Shown piece by piece: positions 58,499 through 64,000 of a DNA stretch of 64,000 nucleotides. How positions within the stretch are numbered: the first letter of the stretch is position 1; every line of letters begins with the position of its first letter. A model generated the notes under the pieces. It had not been told where the DNA came from and did not search any database. It worked only from the letters and a program-made list of their open reading frames with translations. The translations under genes and the position numbers were made by a program. Source of the stretch: Macrostomum hystrix (Eukaryota > Animalia > Platyhelminthes); the NCBI GenBank assembly GCA_950097015.1, contig CATNEN010000038.1:3534001-3598000 (forward strand), in the 5' to 3' direction.

Positions 58499-59220
58499 GA
58501 TAAAACTAACCATGGCTAACATGTAGTATTTCTATAGACTTGGTTTTCATGTGTATAGTAATACTTTAATAAATTGCTAGCAAACTACTGACTAAACAAG
58601 TGATGAAAAGCTTACTATCTGAATTAAATATAATTAATACCATTTTTCAGTTGGACTCTCAAAGATAATTGTACTCACTAGTAACACCCTTTGCAGGAAT
58701 AGATTAGATATAGACATGTTGCTGGTAACAATAGTCGTTCAGTATTCCTCTTGCAACATGATACTAGTAAAACAGTCAATATCTATTTGCCAGGTCTACT
58801 GAAATTGTTCATGCGTTTACATAAGGCTTTCTACAAAAGCACACCCCTTGCACATTCTCTCTAAAATCATTGTTTTAATATGTCATTTTATATTAATGAA
58901 TACTTTCAGCGGCTTGAAATATAAGTCCAAATACAATAGAAATGCAAAACTATAACAATTAGACATACATCACAGGACCTGCAAAGTAACACTGACATGT
59001 AGTAACAATAAGCTAATTACAATTTATACGTTTGCTTTCACGATTTACTTTCATAGAAGCTCGAATTCTGTAACACGGTAACATGTTATCGCTGGATAAA
59101 TATGTTATATTCGGGATGTTTTTGGAAAACAGCTTACTTTCACATTAAACTGCGTGAGTTTTTGTGGAGCACGGGTGTAGCTCAAATGTAGCAGCACATC
59201 ATTAGGCCTAACTGCTAGAT

Positions 59221-60012
59221 CGGAAACAGTCCATTTCGGCGACAGACCATTTCGGCGACAACCATTTCGGCGACAAGTCATTTCGGCGACAACCATTTCA
59301 GCGACAATACTTTTGAAACAGTGCCCGCCGATTAAAAGTAATAAAATTTGCCGTCATCATTCGAGTACGCTGGTGCGAGGCCAGTGGTGAGGATGCGGCG
59401 GTAGATAGCCTGGGTGAAATGAAAGGCACAACCACGCAGCTACAGTCACTGTAGCTGGCGGTAATGCTGCTGTGTCACGCCGCTGTTGCAGGTCCTATGC
59501 TGCCACCTGGAACATTCGTCACATTGCAGCGCTTGCTGCCTATGTCTGACCAGATCGTGGCAAACAACACAGCTAAACATGACTGAATAACTAACTGGCT
59601 GACTAACTGGCTGGCTGGCTTTTATACACCATATCAGCTTATATTGCACTTATAGCACTGGGCCTGTTGTCCTCTCTAACTCATCCTTTCCCTCAACTTG
59701 AGATCCAACGTGCTATTTTTCATTGCACATCGCACATTGCACATGCACATTGCACGATGCTACTTATAAGTAAGACAAGGTGAGGTTGACGCACATAGAG
59801 CGCGGACCAAACTGATCCAAACTCGCGCGGCTATTTATATTACATGTTAAAACAAATACTATAACAGGAATACATTAATAAAAGTAGAAGAATCAAATAC
59901 ATTACATGCTCAATAAGCAAACACTATCAGATCCATTATTACTGCGGTTTTGATGTTTGTCGCCGAAGTGGTTGTCGCCGAAATGACTTGTCGCCGAAAT
60001 GGACCGGATCCG
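59221..60012 (-). mobile_element. Internally deleted Mutator-like (MULE) DNA transposon, 792 bp
   Basis: Imperfect TIRs CGGA(AAC/TCC)RGTCCATTTCGGCGACA with subterminal CATTTCGGCGACAA repeats; direct repeat CTAGAT on both flanks; minus-strand PHD-finger fragment CVVC...CDEC-SRWQH-RTC followed by MULE-type GCAFHFTQAIYR...GLAPAY. Confidence 0.8.
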
Positions 60013-61609
60013 CTAGATCTACATAACATCCATCACTTATCCAATTAAATAGTAAAATTCCTACGATATATTTTCTGCCTTGTGCTGTGCCACAGCAAGT
60101 AGGCCTAATATTTTTAATTATTACATTAAATATTGAATAAACTTTAATCTTAATTGGACAGTTTGGAGTCTTTGGACCAGGACCCTTGGCCTGGCCTTAG
60201 CAGTCAGTTTGACTGTGCCATGTGCCCTACTACTTACTAGTTTAGTTAAACCTTGAATCAGCCACAGGCAGGCAATTTTCGATTGGCCTGTGGTATTTAA
60301 ATTAAATATATTTATAACTTTCAAAAGTGTTATATAAAATCTGAAATTGCCTACATATTAATTGGCTTAACAATTATAGCTAGTCACCTTCACATTGTGT
60401 CTGTATCTGTATGAGCCTATCCTTCCTAATATTTTTATCAATTTGACTCTGAGTTAAATCTCCTAGGCCTATCTCTAGTGTATTGTCAACATACTAATTA
60501 TCATAGGGAGCTTTTCTAGTTGTTAAAAAACTCCTATTAGGCCTACTCACTAAACTACCTTCAGAAACATAAATCATAATTATTATAGGCCTATTACCTT
60601 GTCCACATACTTAACACTGTTTCATGCAGTTGCTATGCTAGTTCTTTCCCTTTATATGTATATTCATCAATACTTGTGCCAGTTAAGCCTCCAAGTTTTC
60701 CAAACAGTTTAGCAGTAATGTAGGTTAGGGTTAGGGTAATGTATCATCAACCAAACAGTGTATCTTCAAAACCGAACAAGAATTTTGACTTTTTCCTTGG
60801 TCTCGTGCAAGACAGAAACAAGCTATTGTGTTTCACAGAACAACTAATTTGAAAGTTGAAGAAATTATCTACAAGCGGAGGCATGATGTGCAATGAAGCA
60901 TTAAGAGGAAAGAAAGATATTGATGTTTCAGTAGAAATTTTTATTGCAAAAGCATACTTTTTAACAACATTTTTTCAGTATGTACTTTAGACGAAGATTG
61001 TATATGGTTGCTTGCCAATTAAATGACCATAAATGTAGTTATTTATAGAGCATTAAAAATGCTTTCAAATTATATAATTCATGATAGTTCACTCCTTAAA
61101 ATAAGATTAAACCACTCACTCAAATTGTAAAACCAAACACGTCTATACTTCCAGTACCAGAACCAGTACCAGAACCAGTACCAGAAAAAAATTATGTTAT
61201 AGCCAACAAAAAATCGACAAGCAACTAATAAAAAGACTTCTAACAGATGAAATACTTATATATCGGTCCGAAAATATCATTATTGAGAATAAAATTGATA
61301 AATATCGACGGACTTGCGCACAACACACAAAAAATGGTTTACTTTCACAAAACGTTTTCTAATATATTTTTTTCATAGAATAAAACAAATTTACTCAACC
61401 AACTGAGTAAACGAATACAAAAAGCGGTTTACTAAATATCGCAACTACTAAAATCACAACTCAAAACTCACCTCATTAAATGTGTTTGTATAATTTATTA
61501 TTTTTATAATCATCGTAAACTTCATCAAAAAAACTAAAAATACAACCTCACTTTTGCGCTTCGCAGGATTATTACTCGTACATCATATACAGCTGAGAGC
61601 AATGATAAG

Positions 61610-64000
61610 GAAGGAAACATTATCTGTGAACACGGCTGTAAAATTTCAGAGCCCTGACTAGTCGCGTCTCGGAGTTGTAGACCCTCGAGTCCCCCCCACT
61701 CTGATATCTCCCATTTTAAAAGTACTTTTCGTCACCTCACTGAATCTGGTGGTCAAAAGAAGCTGAAAACTCAGATCTGGAAGGAAACATTATCTGTAAA
61801 CACGGCTGTAAAATTTCAGAGCCCTGACTAGTCGCGTCTCGGAGTTGTAGACCCTCGAGTCCCCCCCACTCTGATATCTCCCATCTTAAAAGTACTTTTC
61901 GTCACCTCACTGAATCTGGTGGTCAAAAGAAGCTGAAAACTCAGATCTGGAAGGAAACATTATCTGTGAACACGGCTGTAAAATTTCAGAGCCCTGACTA
62001 GTCGCGTCTCGGAGTTGTAGACCCTCGAGTCCCCCCCACTCTGATATCTCCCATTTTAAAAGTACTTTTCGTCACCTCACTGAATCTGGTGGTCAAAAGA
62101 AGCTGAAAACTCAGATCTGGAAGGAAACAATATCTGTGAACACGGCTGTAAAATTTCAGAGCCCTGACTAGTCGCGTCTCGGAGTTGTAGACCCTCGAGT
62201 CCCCCCCACTCTGATATCTCCCATTTTAAAAGTACTTTTCGTCACCTCACTGAATCTGGTGGTCAAAAGAAGCTGAAAACTCAGATCTGGAAGGAAACAT
62301 TATCTGTGAACACGGCTGTAAAATTTCAGAGCCCTGACTAGTCGCGTCTCGGAGTTGTAGACCCTCGAGTCCCCCCCACTCTGATATCTCCCATTTTAAA
62401 AGTACTTTTCGTCACCTCACTGAATCTGGTGGTCAAAAGAAGCTGAAAACTCAGATCTGGAAGGAAACATTATCTGTGAACACGGCTGTAAAATTTCAGA
62501 GCCCTGACTAGTCGCGTCTCGGAGTTGTAGACCCTCGAGTCCCCCCCACTCTGATATCTCCCATTTTAAAAGTACTTTTCGTCACCTCACTGAATCTGGT
62601 GGTCAGACGAGGCTAAAAACTCAGATCTGGAAGGAAACATTATCTGTAAACACGGCTGTAAAATTTCAGAGCCCTGACTAGTCGCGTCTCGGAGTTGTAG
62701 ACCCTCGAGTCCCCCCCACTCTGATATCTCCCATTTTAAAAGTACTTTTCGTCACCTCACTGAATCTGGTGGTCAGACGAGGCTAAAAACTCAGATCTGG
62801 AAGGAAACATTATCTGTAAACACGGCTGTAAAATTTCAGAGCCCTGACTAGTCGCGTCTCGGAGTTGTAGACCCTCGAGTCCCCCCCACTCTGATATCTC
62901 CCATTTTAAAAGTACTTTTCGTCACCTCACTGAATCTGGTGGTCAAAAGAAGCTAAAAACTCAGATCTGGAAGGAAACATTATCTGTAAACACGGCTGTA
63001 AAATTTCAGAGCCCTGACTAGTCGCGTCTCGGAGTTGTAGACCCTCGAGTCCCCCCCACTCTGATATCTCCCATTTTAAAAGTACTTTTCGTCACCTCAC
63101 TGAATCTGGTGGTCAAAAGAAGCTGAAAACTCAGATCTGGAAGGAAACATTATCTGTGAACACGGCTGTAAAATTTCAGAGCCCTGACTAGTCGCGTCTC
63201 GGAGTTGTAGACCCTCGAGTCCCCCCCACTCTGATATCTCCCATTTTAAAAGTACTTTTCGTCACCTCACTGAATCTGGTGGTCAGACGAGGCTAAAAAC
63301 TCAGATCTGGAAGGAAACATTATCTGTAAACACGGCTGTAAAATTTCAGAGCCCTGACTAGTCGCGTCTCGGAGTTGTAGACCCTCGAGTCCCCCCCACT
63401 CTGATATCTCCCATTTTAAAAGTACTTTTCGTCACCTCACTGAATCTGGTGGTCAAAAGAAGCTGAAAACTCAGATCTGGAAGGAAACATTATCTGTGAA
63501 CACGGCTGTAAAATTTCAGAGCCCTGACTAGTCGCGTCTCGGAGTTGTAGACCCTCGAGTCCCCCCCACTCTGATATCTCCCATCTTAAAAGTACTTTTC
63601 GTCACCTCACTGAATCTGGTGGTCAGACGAGGCTAAAAACTCAAATCTGGAAGGAAACATTATCTGTAAACACGGCTGTAAAATTTCAGAGCCCTGACTA
63701 GTCGCGTCTCGGAGTTGTAGACCCTCGAGTCCCCCCCACTCTGATATCTCCCATTTTAAAAGTACTTTTCGTCACCTCACTGAATCTGGTGGTCAAAAGA
63801 AGCTGAAAACTCAGATCTGGAAGGAAACATTATCTGTGAACACGGCTGTAAAATTTCAGAGCCCTGACTAGTCGCGTCTCGGAGTTGTAGACCCTCGAGT
63901 CCCCCCCACTCTGATATCTCCCATTTTAAAAGTATTTTTCGTCACCTCACTGAATCTGGTGGTCAGACGAGGCTAAAAACTCAGATCTGGAAGGAAACAT
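61610..64000. repeat. 170-bp satellite, at least 14 copies, runs off the window end
   Basis: AAGGAAACATTATCTGT recurs at 61611, 61781, 61951 and onward at exact 170-bp spacing. Confidence 0.98.

Noticed and set aside
59446-59649. Stand-alone PHD-finger gene
   Set aside because: The finger is truncated (last Cys pair missing) and lies inside a TIR element; treated as a transposase remnant.
60721-60737. Telomeric TTAGGG repeats
   Set aside because: Only about two units; too short to call an interstitial telomere.

Overview
Eukaryotic (metazoan) genomic DNA. The eggshell-type gene and minisatellite-stuffed introns suggest a flatworm such as Macrostomum; this is inference only. I reconstructed four genes by hand from GT-AG splice sites and frame continuity: (1) an intronless secreted Gly/Tyr-rich eggshell-type protein (472-1032, +); (2) a 3-exon SMAP-type ArfGAP (4784-1709, -); (3) an 18-exon four-domain voltage-gated channel with a DEEA filter, i.e. 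Nav2/DSC1-type (45913-13893, -), whose last intron holds a ~16 kb 59-bp satellite; (4) a 9-exon O-GlcNAcase (51774-57413, +). There is also one orphan low-complexity ORF (9296-10306). The rest is repeats: more than 15 tandem arrays (mostly intronic and starting next to splice sites), two tRNA-headed SINE families, a decayed RTE-like LINE fragment, an internally deleted Mutator-like element, tiny CAAGG-ended MITEs and a 170-bp satellite running off the right end. I found no unmistakable new multi-gene system. The most unusual leads are an array that copies the channel's own splice donor 16 times, the general splice-site anchoring of arrays, the MULE derivative with a 6-bp TSD, and the 48-82 bp MITEs. 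Exon models are manual and lack transcript support.
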